The notes beneath the pieces are model-generated. The model was not told where the DNA came from, did no database searches, and saw only the letters and a program-made list of their open reading frames with translations. Below are positions 47,912 through 58,303 of a stretch of DNA of 64,000 nt, piece after piece (within the stretch, counting starts at the first letter, position 1; each line of letters opens with the position of its first letter). The DNA lies in contig PEWE01000033.1 in assembly GCA_002779605.1 (NCBI GenBank), forward strand, positions 11,686-75,685. The letters run 5' to 3'. The position numbers and the translations under genes are program-made. The stretch is from Zetaproteobacteria bacterium CG06_land_8_20_14_3_00_59_53 (GTDB lineage: Bacteria; Pseudomonadota; Zetaproteobacteria; Mariprofundales; Mariprofundaceae).

Positions 47912-50338
47912 TTACAACCGCGGCAGGACCTGATTGAGCAACTGGTTCAGCGGATTGGCCGGTGGCGCAGGTCGGGCAGGCGCAGCCGGTTGGTTCTGTG
48001 GTTGCGGTGCAGCCGGTGCCGCCTGATTGCCGGCAGGCTGACCGGGCAGAGCCCCGCCCAGCAGATTCCTCAACGCCGCTTTCGGATCCTTGGCGATTTC
48101 CTGAATGGCTTCGCGGTTGCCAAGCAGACTTTCCAGCGTGACTTCAAGCTTCACCTTCGGCGCACTCAGCGGACCACTAAGACGCAGCGGCACTTCCAGA
48201 CCCTTGCGTACAGCCTCCGAATCACCCTGTCCGACCAGCGTACCGACCAGACGCGGCTTGAGATGATAATCCATCGTACCAGCCGGGAGGTCCATCTGAC
48301 CGAACCCGCCCAGACGGAACAGCGGAGAGGCGACAAACAGGTCATCATTCCTGGCCACGCCATTGATGATGTTGAAGCTGCCGGAAAGCTGGGAGAAATC
48401 CGTCTTTTGTGTCCCGGCATTACCCTGTCCGAAGTTTCTCAGGTTGCGCAGGATGCCGGGGATATCGAAGCCCTTGATACTGCCGTCGCGCAGCAGCACA
48501 TTGCCCGTACCGTTGAGCCGCGACATGGCTGCCTGGGGCAGAAGACCGGAGCCACGCAGACGGGTGTCCATTTGCAGGCTGCCACTGAGCATATCGTTCT
48601 GCGCCAGCGCCTTGAGTACCGGCTGGATCTGCACGTCCCTGATCTTCACCGACTCGGTCCATGTGGCCGGATAGACGGCCGCATTGATGCCTGCCTGCTC
48701 TTCGATACGACCGCCGGCCAGTTCGAAACGCAACGGATCCATGCTGATGATGCCGTTTTTGCCGTTCACATCGGCGCGCAGGCGACCGATATCCATGCCA
48801 CGCATCAACAACCGATCCACCTGCATCACCACGGCGATCTTCCACGGCTTGAGGAAGCGCAGATCCGGCTCCACTGCAGGCTGCACAACCGCTTGCGATG
48901 CGATTTGGACAGCAGGCTGTGTCTGGCTTGCTTCCGGCCCTGATACTGCGGATGCTCCACCGGCAGGTGCGGCGGGGACTGCGTCCTGTGCCGGTTTCGC
49001 GGACTGGGCAGCTGCCGGTTGCGGCAGCCACGGGTCGAGATGCAGCAGACGCGAAGCGACGCGCAGGCGGATATCGGGGGCGGTCGAGAAATCCACATTG
49101 CCCGATACCTGCAGCAATTCGTCGTTGAGCTGCAATTGCAGGTCGCGGATATCCACCTGTTTTGCATCACCTGCAGCCAGCATGCCCAGCTTCACCGTCT
49201 TCCATGGTGCCGGATGCGCGGCATACATGCTTTGCAGCTCGGGCAGCCAGTTGCTCAATTGCATACGGCTCAGTTCGGGCGTGTTGACACGCAACTGATA
49301 CTTCATATCGCCGCCGATACCGGTCAGGGTACCGTTCACATCGGCGACTTGCACACCATCCAGCGTGGCCTGCAACTGCTCGATCTGCATACGTTTGGCA
49401 TCCGGCATCTGCGCCTTCACATCCAGTGACACTGCGTGAGCCGCGTTCAGCTTCACGCTACCTGCCATCACTCTCACCCCGTTGGGGCGCTGCTCCAGCT
49501 GCACATCAAGGCCCAGCGTACCTTCACCGAGGGCCTGCAGACCGGAGGCCAGCTTGCTCAGTTTGCCCAGCGAGGCCTTCGGCACGGTGATATGAGCCTT
49601 GAGCGGCAGTTTCGCCGCATTCAGTGCTGCGAAATCACCGACCGGGCCGACCATGCCATCCAGTGCAAAGGCATCACCATCAAGCGCACCGGACACCTTC
49701 AAGCCGATCGGGCGCTGCATCTGCACATCGTCCACATCGATATTCACGGCAGTCAGATTGATATTCTGTCCGTTAAGCGCATCGGAGAAATGCACCTCGC
49801 CGTCTTTCATGCGCAGCGACTGCGCGCTCAGTGCAGCCAGAATGCCGCCCCCGCTCTGTGCTTCACCAGCCGGAGCGGCTTGCTGAGCAGCAGGCGCATT
49901 CGTCGCCACGGTGCCGCCCGCCGGTTGTGCGGCAGACGCCTGCAACAGGTCTTCCCAGTTGCTGAAGCCATCGGCGGCACGGCTGAGATTCACCTTCGGG
50001 GTATCGAGCACGAAGCGTTTGATCTCGTACTGGCCACGCAGCAATGGCATCACCACCACCTGCACATCCAGACTCTTCACCTGCAGCAGATCGCCCGCCG
50101 CAAAGCCCTTCGGATTGGCGATATGCACATCCTCGAGGGTCAGGCCCACCCAGGGGAACAGCGAGGCATGCAATGTGCCGATCTCGATATGCCGTCCGGT
50201 GGCCTTCTCGGCCTGATCGACGATCAGCGATTTGTATTGATTGGCATCGATAAAGAACGGTGCTGCGACCAGCAGGGCAAACACCACAACAAGCAGAATA
50301 AGGCTGTAACGGACAACTTTCTTGGCTGCATTCATCAT
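47912..50338 (-). CDS. asmA: AsmA-family outer-membrane assembly protein
   Basis: N-terminal anchor plus FIDANQYKSLI...; about 800 aa of beta-rich repeats; Pro/Ala/Gln-rich C-terminus. Confidence 0.8.
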   Translation of the reverse strand: MMNAAKKVVRYSLILLVVVFALLVAAPFFIDANQYKSLIVDQAEKATGRHIEIGTLHASLFPWVGLTLEDVHIANPKGFAAGDLLQVKSLDVQVVVMPLLRGQYEIKRFVLDTPKVNLSRAADGFSNWEDLLQASAAQPAGGTVATNAPAAQQAAPAGEAQSGGGILAALSAQSLRMKDGEVHFSDALNGQNINLTAVNIDVDDVQMQRPIGLKVSGALDGDAFALDGMVGPVGDFAALNAAKLPLKAHITVPKASLGKLSKLASGLQALGEGTLGLDVQLEQRPNGVRVMAGSVKLNAAHAVSLDVKAQMPDAKRMQIEQLQATLDGVQVADVNGTLTGIGGDMKYQLRVNTPELSRMQLSNWLPELQSMYAAHPAPWKTVKLGMLAAGDAKQVDIRDLQLQLNDELLQVSGNVDFSTAPDIRLRVASRLLHLDPWLPQPAAAQSAKPAQDAVPAAPAGGASAVSGPEASQTQPAVQIASQAVVQPAVEPDLRFLKPWKIAVVMQVDRLLMRGMDIGRLRADVNGKNGIISMDPLRFELAGGRIEEQAGINAAVYPATWTESVKIRDVQIQPVLKALAQNDMLSGSLQMDTRLRGSGLLPQAAMSRLNGTGNVLLRDGSIKGFDIPGILRNLRNFGQGNAGTQKTDFSQLSGSFNIINGVARNDDLFVASPLFRLGGFGQMDLPAGTMDYHLKPRLVGTLVGQGDSEAVRKGLEVPLRLSGPLSAPKVKLEVTLESLLGNREAIQEIAKDPKAALRNLLGGALPGQPAGNQAAPAAPQPQNQPAAPARPAPPANPLNQLLNQVLPRL

Positions 50339-51051
50339 GGGCGTATCGTGGTCAATGCATCTGCCGTCTGCAAGGGCGGAAAGTACGCGAGGAGCTCGCT
50401 GAAATCATCGATGACGGCCTCTGCACCGGCGGCCAGCAACGGCCCGGAACCGGCCACGCCGAAGGATACGCCCAGCGACCTCACGCCGGCGGCACGTGCC
50501 ATCTGGATATCCAGCAGCGCATCACCGATCACCGCCGTTTGCGCAGCCGCCACCCCCATCTCAGCCATGCTTTCCAGTACCATCGCGGGATGCGGTTTAC
50601 TCGCACAATGATCGGAGGTACGTAGCACCAGAAAATGCTTTGCCAGATCGAACTCCTGCAGCACGCGCTGCAGACCTGCATGCGATTTACCGGTCACGAT
50701 TCCCAGCCAGTAGCCGCGTTCTGCCAGCTCAAGCAGGGTCTCGCGCACCCCGACGAACAGGTCGTAGCCTGCCGGCATACTGTGGTAGAGATCGCGATAG
50801 CGCTGCTCCACATCCAACTGCACCACCTCTTCCTGATCGGCCAGCAGTTGCTGTACGGCAAGGGTCAGGGACATACCGATGACCGGGGAAACATCCGCTG
50901 CTGTCGGCTTCGGCAATCCGCAATCGGTAAATGCCTGCTGCATGACAAGGATGATGTGATGGTGCGAATCCATCAGCGTGCCGTCGCAGTCGAACAGGAT
51001 CAGCCGGGGCTCTGCCGGCCCTGAGGGTTGCACCGTCTCGTTTGCATACAT
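50335..51051 (-). CDS. gph: HAD-family phosphoglycolate phosphatase-like hydrolase
   Basis: LILFDCDGTLMDS (DxDGT), VTGKS, GDALLDIQMARAAG. Start moved to ATG 51051. Confidence 0.75.
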   Translation of the reverse strand: MYANETVQPSGPAEPRLILFDCDGTLMDSHHHIILVMQQAFTDCGLPKPTAADVSPVIGMSLTLAVQQLLADQEEVVQLDVEQRYRDLYHSMPAGYDLFVGVRETLLELAERGYWLGIVTGKSHAGLQRVLQEFDLAKHFLVLRTSDHCASKPHPAMVLESMAEMGVAAAQTAVIGDALLDIQMARAAGVRSLGVSFGVAGSGPLLAAGAEAVIDDFSELLAYFPPLQTADALTTIRP

Positions 51052-51125
51052 ATCAACCACCAGACCTCTTTTCCGTACAGAAATTGTCGTTACACTCCCG
51101 CCAAGGTTCACAACAGCAGCATCAT

Positions 51126-51201
51126 GGGGCTGTAGCTCAGTTGGGAGAGCGTCACGTTCGCAATGTGAAGGCCAGCGGTTCGATCCCGCTCAGCTCCACC
51201 A
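51126..51201 (+). tRNA. tRNA-Ala (anticodon CGC), CCA encoded
   Basis: Manual cloverleaf: acceptor GGGGCTG/CAGCTCC with G3:U70, anticodon stem TCACG/TGTGA, loop TTCGCAA, T-arm AGCGG-TTCGATC-CCGCT. Confidence 0.93.
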
Positions 51202-51207
51202 GACTCC

Positions 51208-51238
51208 GGAACCCGGCTTCATGCCGGGTTTCCTTTTG
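51208..51238 (+). terminator. rho-independent terminator after tRNA-Ala
   Basis: AACCCGGC-ttcat-GCCGGGTT followed by TCCTTTT. Confidence 0.7.
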
Positions 51239-51261
51239 CAACAGCCGGTCTGGTCGGCAGG

Positions 51262-52569
51262 CTAGCGGCTGACCATCCCCGCTTCCACGTCTTTCAATAC
51301 ATCATGAATCGCTTGAGTAACGACATTTAAATCCTTGGAATCAATCACTAAAGGCGGCATTGTATAAACCAGTTTCCCGAACGGTCTTAGCCACACACCA
51401 TGCTCGACGAACATCGGCTGGATACGTGCCATATCCACCGGCCGGTGCAGTTCAACCACCCCGATGGCACCCAGCACGCGGACATCGGCGACAGCATTAA
51501 GGCCGCGACAGGCTTCAAGTTCGTGTTTCAGCTGCGCCTCGATGGCGTTCACGCGCTGCTGCCACGGAGAGGCCAGCAACAGATCGATACTGGCCAGTGC
51601 CACTGCACAGGCCAGCGGATTGGCCATGAAGGTCGGGCCGTGCATCAGCACCCCACCGTCCTTATGTAACCCGTGCATCACCTCGCTGGTCGTCAGCACG
51701 GCGGCCATGGTCATATAACCGCCGGTCAGCGCCTTGCCGACACACATGATGTCCGGCGAGATCGCGGCATGCTCGCAGGCGAACATGCGACCGGTACGCC
51801 CGAAGCCGGTGGCGATCTCATCCACGATCAGCAGCACATCGCTGGCATCGCAAAGTGCGCGTATACGGCGCAGGAATTCCGCTGCATAGAAACGCATGCC
51901 GCCGGCACCCTGCACGATGGGCTCCAGAATCACGGCAGCCAGTTCGTCGCGATGCGCGCTGATCTTCGCTTCGAAATCGGCAATCTGGGATTCGTTCCAC
52001 TGCGCACTGTCGGGCGCATCGGCGAACAGGTGGTGCGGCAGGACTCCGGCAAACAGATGGTGCATGCCGCCATGCGGATCGCACACCCCCATCGCCCCGA
52101 AGGTATCGCCATGATACCCGTGGCGGATGGTCAGCAGGCGTTTTTTTTCAGGCCGCCCCTGCGCCTGCCAGTATTGCAGCGCCATCTTGATGGCCACCTC
52201 GACCGACACCGAGCCGGAATCGGCGAAAAACACATGTCGCATGCCGGCAGGAGCCATCTGCAAAAGCCGTTCGGCAAGCCTGGCCGCCGGCTCATGGGTC
52301 AGGCCGCCGAACATCACATGCGACATCTTGCGCAGCTGCGCTGCGGCTGCGGCATTGAGTTCGGGCACGTTATAGCCGTGAATGGCACACCACCACGACG
52401 ACATGCCGTCGATCAGTTCCCGACCGTCCTCAAGATACAACCGCACCCCTTCGGCCCGCGCTACGGCGAAGATCTCGGGCGGCGCGGCCATCGAGACATA
52501 GGGATGCCAGACATGCTGTTTCTCGAACGCCTGCCATTCGGCTCTTTCTCCCTCACACATCAGAGACAA
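51262..52569 (-). CDS. bioA: adenosylmethionine-8-amino-7-oxononanoate aminotransferase
   Basis: HVWHPY.SM, class III aminotransferase pattern, [20 protein letters not shown] (PLP Lys). Confidence 0.9.
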   Translation of the reverse strand: MSLMCEGERAEWQAFEKQHVWHPYVSMAAPPEIFAVARAEGVRLYLEDGRELIDGMSSWWCAIHGYNVPELNAAAAAQLRKMSHVMFGGLTHEPAARLAERLLQMAPAGMRHVFFADSGSVSVEVAIKMALQYWQAQGRPEKKRLLTIRHGYHGDTFGAMGVCDPHGGMHHLFAGVLPHHLFADAPDSAQWNESQIADFEAKISAHRDELAAVILEPIVQGAGGMRFYAAEFLRRIRALCDASDVLLIVDEIATGFGRTGRMFACEHAAISPDIMCVGKALTGGYMTMAAVLTTSEVMHGLHKDGGVLMHGPTFMANPLACAVALASIDLLLASPWQQRVNAIEAQLKHELEACRGLNAVADVRVLGAIGVVELHRPVDMARIQPMFVEHGVWLRPFGKLVYTMPPLVIDSKDLNVVTQAIHDVLKDVEAGMVSR

Positions 52570-53536
52570 TCATCTCCAGCACGAAGCGCTCCAGCACCAC
52601 GATCTTATCCTCGGTGCTTGCACCCTTGAGCAGCATCTCCACCTGTACGGAGCGGTGCATGGCCTGCATCAGATCCGCCGGCTTCCAGTGGCCCGCCTCG
52701 CGGGGCACGAAGCGGACCGCATCGCCGAACACACCCGCATTGCGCGTCGCATTAGGTTTGTCGCTTGCGGCATACCAGACATAAAGCAGCAGTTGTTGCA
52801 GACGCATGGATATCCAGCTGAACACCTGCACCTCGGACACCTGCTGTTCGCGCAACAGGGTGCGCAGCAGGCCGATGGCCCTGGGCGATCGCTCCCCTAT
52901 CGCATGGCATAGATCGGCCAGATCACCCGGACTGCGCTCGCCGAGCAGATCGCCGACCACATCCAGAGACAGGGGCTTGCCCTCCCCTGCATCATACAGA
53001 CGCAGGCGTTCGACCGCCTGTCGGGCGGCCATGCGCATGCCCAGCAGGTGACTGCCGATCAACGCCAATGACTCATCGCATAGCTTAAGACCCGCATCCG
53101 CAGCCAGGGCTGCCAGCCAGCGGGAAAATGCCTGTTCATCCATACGTTCGATCGAGCAGATCACCACATCCGGCAGCGCGCTGATACGCTTGTGCACAGC
53201 CTTTTTGTTATCCATCTCCGCACCGCAGATGATCAGCCGCAGGCCTTCAGGCGGAGCGGATGCCAGCTTTTCCAGTTGCTCGATGTGATTGGGGCGCGCG
53301 CTGCCGGCATTGCGCACCATCGCATGGCAGCGATTCGGGCCGAACAGCCCGGGTTGCATGTTGTGGTAAATCTGCGAGATCTCGTTGACATCGACACGCA
53401 AGAGCGTGGCGCCATCGGCCTGATCGGTCAGCAGTTGCTCGGCGGTTTCAAAAACCCCGTCGGCATCGTCTCCGGTCAGGTAGTAGCAGGCATACGTCGC
53501 GGGCAGCAATCTGGCGGCGGGAAGCCGGAGCGACAT
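52553..53536 (-). CDS. holA: DNA polymerase III subunit delta
   Basis: 327 aa in the conserved leuS-lptE-holA context with a HolA-like N-terminal pattern. Confidence 0.8.
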   Translation of the reverse strand: MSLRLPAARLLPATYACYYLTGDDADGVFETAEQLLTDQADGATLLRVDVNEISQIYHNMQPGLFGPNRCHAMVRNAGSARPNHIEQLEKLASAPPEGLRLIICGAEMDNKKAVHKRISALPDVVICSIERMDEQAFSRWLAALAADAGLKLCDESLALIGSHLLGMRMAARQAVERLRLYDAGEGKPLSLDVVGDLLGERSPGDLADLCHAIGERSPRAIGLLRTLLREQQVSEVQVFSWISMRLQQLLLYVWYAASDKPNATRNAGVFGDAVRFVPREAGHWKPADLMQAMHRSVQVEMLLKGASTEDKIVVLERFVLEMIVSDV

Positions 53537-53549
53537 ATTGCAGAGACTC

Positions 53550-54041
53550 TTAGAATCCGGAGGAAAGTTTCAGCCAGGCCTGCCGCATCCACTGGGTTTC
53601 CAGATCGGAGCGGATGCGCGTCTTGGCGGATTCAATGGTGGTCGGACCGCCGGACACATCCACATCCTCATAGGCGGTGATGCTGTCGCTGCGCCATATC
53701 TGGGCGTCGTCGCGCCACAGGCTCATCTCGCCGGAGAGCGTCATACGGTCCACCGTTGCGATGCCGCTTGCATCGAAGGTGATAGAAGCCAGCGATTCGC
53801 TCAGCTGACTGACATGAAGCTCGGCATCGGCCTGTTTGTCGGAAGCACCGCCGATCACGCTATAGCTGGCATTATCACGCATGTATGCCATCAGGCTGGA
53901 GATAAAGCGCTCATCGTCACCCGCGCCGATCACACGCACCACCTGCACATCGGCAGGAACGACACCCCTTCCCATGCCCATCAGATGATAGCCGCATGCG
54001 GAAAGCATCAGACACAGTGAAACAGTCAACAGCCGCATCAT
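53550..54041 (-). CDS. lptE: LPS-assembly lipoprotein LptE
   Basis: MMRLLTVSLCLMLSACGY lipobox. Its ATG overlaps the leuS stop (ATGA). Confidence 0.8.
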   Translation of the reverse strand: MMRLLTVSLCLMLSACGYHLMGMGRGVVPADVQVVRVIGAGDDERFISSLMAYMRDNASYSVIGGASDKQADAELHVSQLSESLASITFDASGIATVDRMTLSGEMSLWRDDAQIWRSDSITAYEDVDVSGGPTTIESAKTRIRSDLETQWMRQAWLKLSSGF

Positions 54042-56533
54042 GCCGGACGCACCACGATATTGAGAAGGCGCCCGGGAACCAGCACCACCTTGACGATTTG
54101 CATACCATCCAGCCATTTGCCGATACTGGCATCGGATTGCGCCAGTGCCAATGCGACATCCTGATCCGCATCCTTGGGCAACGTGATCTCGCCGCGCTTC
54201 TTGCCCTGCACCTGCACCACAAGAGTCACCTCGTCACTGGCCAGTGCTGCGGCATCCACCGCAGGCCATGCGGCCATCACGGCCACATCAGCAAAGCCGA
54301 GCCGCTCGCCGCACTCACAGGCAAAATGGGGAACCAACGGGGCAAGCATCTTCACCACCGCCTCGGCACCCTCTTTCAGCGCCGCAAGCCCTGCGCCCCC
54401 CTTTGTCTCGAAGACATACAGGGCATTGGTCAATTCCATCAGAGCCGCAATCGCCACATTGAAGGCAAAGCCCTGCTCGAATGCGTGGGTCACACGCTGG
54501 ATGGTCTGATGAATACTGCGACGCAGCCCTTGCACCGCCGCTGTATCATCGGCATCTCCGACCTGAATGTCGTCAATACGATCCAGCAAACGCCAGAAGC
54601 GCATCAGGAAGCGGTTGGCCCCCTCCACGCCGGCATCGTTCCATTCCAGATCCTTCTCCGGCGGAGCGGCAAAAAGCGTGAACAGGCGCGCGGTATCGGC
54701 ACCGAAGCGGTCGATGATGGCGTTCGGGTCCACGGTATTCCCCTTGGACTTGCTCATCTTCGAGCCGTCTTTGAGTACCATGCCCTGCGTGAGCAGATTC
54801 CTGAACGGTTCATCGCCGCCCTGCTCGCTGGTGAACAGGCCTGCATCGCGCATCAGCTTGTGATAAAAGCGCGCATACAGCAGATGCAGCACGGCATGCT
54901 CCACACCACCGATATACTGATCCACCGGCGCCCAGCGCTGCATCGCATCGGCATCCACCATCGCATCCGTATTGCGCGGGGATGTGTAGCGGTTCATATA
55001 CCACGATGATTCCATGAAGGTGTCGAAGGTATCGAGTTCACGTTCCGCAGGCTTTCCACATTCCGGACAATCCACATGGCGGAAGGCCGCGCACTCGGTC
55101 AGCGGCGAAGCACCGCCCGTGGGTTGCAGATCGGTGGGCAACTCGACCGGAAGCTGTTCATCCGGCACGGGCACTGCTCCACAATCCGCACAATGGATGA
55201 CAGGGATCGGCGCACCCCAGTAGCGCTGACGCGATACCAGCCAATCTCTTAAGCGGAACTGCACGCGCTCCCTCCCCTTGCCGTTTTCAGCCAGCCAAGC
55301 GGTGATCGTTGCCTTGGCATCGGCGGAAGCCTGCCCGTCGAACTGAGCCGAGTTGATCAGCACACCGGCCTCGGTAAAGGCAGCGCTGTCGATATCCCAT
55401 TCAACTTGCAGCGGGCGGATCACCTGGCGGATCGGAATGCCGTATTTCAGGGCAAAGGCATGATCGCGTTCGTCGTGCGCCGGCACGCTCATCACCGCAC
55501 CGGTGCCGTAACCCATCAGCACAAAATTGGCCGCATACACCGGCACCTTCTCGCCTGAAACCGGATGAACTGCATGGATACCGAGGGCCATGCCCTTCTT
55601 TTCCATGGTTTCGACATCGGCTTCCTTGGTGGACATCCTGCTGCATTCCTTGAGAAATGCCGCCAGCTCGGGATTACCTTCCGCAGCCTGATCGTTTGCA
55701 GCTTTCTGGGCCAGCGGATGCCCCGCCGCCACCGCCATATAGGTCACGCCCATCAGCGTATCGGGGCGGGTGGTGAAGATATCCAGCGTGTCATCGGAAT
55801 CTTCCAGCCCGAAGCTCACTTCGGCACCGGTCGACTTGCCGATCCAGTTGCGCTGCATGCCGACCACCTTCTCCGGCCAGCCGCTAAGACCATCCAGATC
55901 GGCCAGCAGTTCATCGGCGTACTGCGTGATGCGGATGAACCACTGTTTCAGATTCTTGCGCACCACCGGCGTATCGCAGCGCCAGCACACCCCGTCCACC
56001 ACCTGTTCGTTGGCCAGCACCGTGTGGCAGGGATCGCACCAGTTCACTTCGGCGTTCTGCTGATATGCCAGCCCCTTCTGCATCAGGCGGGTGAACAGCC
56101 ACTGCTCCCAGCGATAGTAATCGGGGTGACAGGTGGCGATCTCGCGCTTCCAGTCGTAGGACACGCCCAGACGTTTCAATTGCACGCGCATCTGATCGAT
56201 ATTGTGGTAGGTCCATTCCGCAGGCGGACGGCCGTGCTTGATGGCGGCGTTCTCGGCAGGCAGTCCGAAGGCATCCCAGCCGATCGGGTGCAACACATTG
56301 AAGCCCTGCATGCGCTTGTAGCGCGCCACGGCATCGCCCAGACAATAATTGCGCACATGCCCCATGTGCAGATTGCCGGACGGATACGGGAACATCACCA
56401 GACAGTAGTACGGCGGACGCTTATCCTGAGCATCGTCGGAAGCCGCATCGATACCCGATGCCTCCCAGCGGTGCTGCCATTTCTGTTCGATCTGCTGTGC
56501 TTCGTATCTTCGTGTTTCAAACCGCTCTGCCAC
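54038..56533 (-). CDS. leuS: leucine--tRNA ligase
   Basis: PYPSGNLHMGHVRNY (HIGH) and KMSKSKGN (KMSKS); 831 aa. Confidence 0.96.
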   Translation of the reverse strand: MAERFETRRYEAQQIEQKWQHRWEASGIDAASDDAQDKRPPYYCLVMFPYPSGNLHMGHVRNYCLGDAVARYKRMQGFNVLHPIGWDAFGLPAENAAIKHGRPPAEWTYHNIDQMRVQLKRLGVSYDWKREIATCHPDYYRWEQWLFTRLMQKGLAYQQNAEVNWCDPCHTVLANEQVVDGVCWRCDTPVVRKNLKQWFIRITQYADELLADLDGLSGWPEKVVGMQRNWIGKSTGAEVSFGLEDSDDTLDIFTTRPDTLMGVTYMAVAAGHPLAQKAANDQAAEGNPELAAFLKECSRMSTKEADVETMEKKGMALGIHAVHPVSGEKVPVYAANFVLMGYGTGAVMSVPAHDERDHAFALKYGIPIRQVIRPLQVEWDIDSAAFTEAGVLINSAQFDGQASADAKATITAWLAENGKGRERVQFRLRDWLVSRQRYWGAPIPVIHCADCGAVPVPDEQLPVELPTDLQPTGGASPLTECAAFRHVDCPECGKPAERELDTFDTFMESSWYMNRYTSPRNTDAMVDADAMQRWAPVDQYIGGVEHAVLHLLYARFYHKLMRDAGLFTSEQGGDEPFRNLLTQGMVLKDGSKMSKSKGNTVDPNAIIDRFGADTARLFTLFAAPPEKDLEWNDAGVEGANRFLMRFWRLLDRIDDIQVGDADDTAAVQGLRRSIHQTIQRVTHAFEQGFAFNVAIAALMELTNALYVFETKGGAGLAALKEGAEAVVKMLAPLVPHFACECGERLGFADVAVMAAWPAVDAAALASDEVTLVVQVQGKKRGEITLPKDADQDVALALAQSDASIGKWLDGMQIVKVVLVPGRLLNIVVRPA

Positions 56534-56637
56534 CGGCCGTCACTCCTTGTTCTTCCTGGGGAGCGCATGATGCGGGGAACAGCCGAGAATGAAAAGGCCG
56601 GGGTGCATATTCATCGGCTGTGATTTATGGTTTCAGC

Positions 56638-57600
56638 ATGAACATCCATGGCGTATTCCGGACCGGTTTCCTGCTGCTGTTGCTGCTATTGGCCGACAGT
56701 GCATCGGCCCGACCCTACACCGGTTGGGTGCAGTTCGACTTTCCCGGCACCACATCGCTGCATGACTGTTCGTGGCTGGAATCCGCAGGCCCCGCCGACC
56801 GTACCGCTTGCAGCGATGTCCTTTCCGGAAATCAGGCACAGAGCCGGGAAGCGGACCTGGATGAGGATACCCGCAAGCATCTCGGTTTCTTCGGAGATCA
56901 CCCGCTTTTCTTCCTGCATGCGGTGCTGCTGCACTGCGAGGGCGGCGAATGCTCCGAGGCCCGCGACATCCGCGTCGGTCCGCCGGAGAACACGTGGTCC
57001 GCCCCGGTGATGCAGAACCTCGGCAGCCACCTGCTGTATCACATGCCCTCGGAACTGCACGGCAAGAAGCATGTCCTGAAGCTGGCCGGCCTCACCGACG
57101 ACTGGCAGAGCGAGCCCTTCAGCGCCCCGTTCCGGCACAATTACCTGATGGTCGGCTTCGACAAGGACCATCCGGGCAGGCTGGTTGTCGAGATGAACTG
57201 GAAGCGCAGCCTTTCCGACCCGGCCAATGCTTCCAGATTGCTGTCCGATGCCGAGGACATGCTGCTGATCTGGCTGGGGCTGCTGCTCGTCTCCGCATGC
57301 ATCGCCGTGCTGATGGGACTGGACCGGCGCTTCCCGTGGGCTGTCGTCGGCCGTGCATGGATAGCGCATGCCGTCACCCTGCTCGCTCTCCTCGCCCTGA
57401 CCTTTCTGCCGCCGTGGAGCAACGGCATCAGCCTGATCGCCCTGCCGCTGCTGTATGTCGCCACCTTGCCGCTGGATGCGCGCTTCATCCGCAAGCCCGG
57501 CGGCGCCGGCCTGCGCCGGGCCATGTTCTGTGCCCTGGTCCTGCGGCTGGGCACCACCCTGCTCGTGGCCGCTGGCGCATGGACGCTTTCCCTGCGATGA
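56638..57600 (+). CDS. hypothetical protein: signal peptide, Cys-containing periplasmic domain, C-terminal multi-TM region
   Basis: MNIHGVFRTGFLLLLLLLADSASA signal and 4 predicted C-terminal TM helices. Its stop overlaps the next gene's start (ATGA). Confidence 0.6.
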   Translation: MNIHGVFRTGFLLLLLLLADSASARPYTGWVQFDFPGTTSLHDCSWLESAGPADRTACSDVLSGNQAQSREADLDEDTRKHLGFFGDHPLFFLHAVLLHCEGGECSEARDIRVGPPENTWSAPVMQNLGSHLLYHMPSELHGKKHVLKLAGLTDDWQSEPFSAPFRHNYLMVGFDKDHPGRLVVEMNWKRSLSDPANASRLLSDAEDMLLIWLGLLLVSACIAVLMGLDRRFPWAVVGRAWIAHAVTLLALLALTFLPPWSNGISLIALPLLYVATLPLDARFIRKPGGAGLRRAMFCALVLRLGTTLLVAAGAWTLSLR

Positions 57601-58133
57601 ACGACACATTACTGGTCCTCGATCTCGACGAGACCCTGATGCACGCCACCGAACTGCAACTGGGCGTACCGCACGACTTCGGGGTGGAGCGCTATTTCAT
57701 GTACAAGCGGCCGCACGTGGCCGAATTCATCGACTTCTGTCGCGAGCGTTTCAGGCTGGCCGTGTGGACCTCATCCACGGCCGACTACGCCACTGCCGTC
57801 GTGAACGAACTGTTCGGCGGCCCGGACGAGTTGGCGTTTTTATACAGCCGCGGACATTGCGTCACAAAGATGGACCCGGAGACCTACGAACCGGTGTACA
57901 TCAAGGATCTGAAGAAGCTCAGGAACAAGGGCCTGAACCTGGGCCGCGTGATCGTGCTTGATGACTCGCCGGAGAAGCTGCAACGCAACTACGGCAACCT
58001 GCTGCGCATCGCCCCCTTCTTCGGCGATCCTTCCGACAGGGAGCTACTCCACGTCATGCCTTTCCTTGACCGGTTGCGCACAGAGGAAAACATCCGCCGC
58101 GTTGAGAAACGCCACTGGCGGAACACCCGCTGA
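57597..58133 (+). CDS. NIF/FCP1-like HAD-family phosphatase (CTD-small-phosphatase fold)
   Basis: LVLDLDETLMHA (DxDxT), LAVWTSSTADYA, VIVLDDSPEK motifs. Confidence 0.75.
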   Translation: MNDTLLVLDLDETLMHATELQLGVPHDFGVERYFMYKRPHVAEFIDFCRERFRLAVWTSSTADYATAVVNELFGGPDELAFLYSRGHCVTKMDPETYEPVYIKDLKKLRNKGLNLGRVIVLDDSPEKLQRNYGNLLRIAPFFGDPSDRELLHVMPFLDRLRTEENIRRVEKRHWRNTR

Positions 58134-58303
58134 ACACACCGCCTTCCGGCACGCTTCCTGCTAATCGAACCTCCAAGGCCTGTTGACACTCAATTTGATG
58201 TTGGCGCTGCTGCCCCAAATTGAGAGCTAACAGGTCCTAAATACGGCTGATTCGAGCCGGCCATGCGAGGAGACTAGCCGTAGATACCCATGCACCGCCT
58301 GCC

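Noticed and set aside
51126-51201. tRNA-Ala as an integration hotspot for a genomic island
   Set aside because: No integrase, no duplicated tRNA 3' end and no compositional break were noticed on either side. The flanks are housekeeping genes (gph, bioA).
56686-57609. 307-aa minus-strand ORF
   Set aside because: It is antisense to the signal-peptide/TM protein gene that is stop/start-coupled to the NIF phosphatase. Its composition is Gly/Gln/Arg/Asp-rich with no features.
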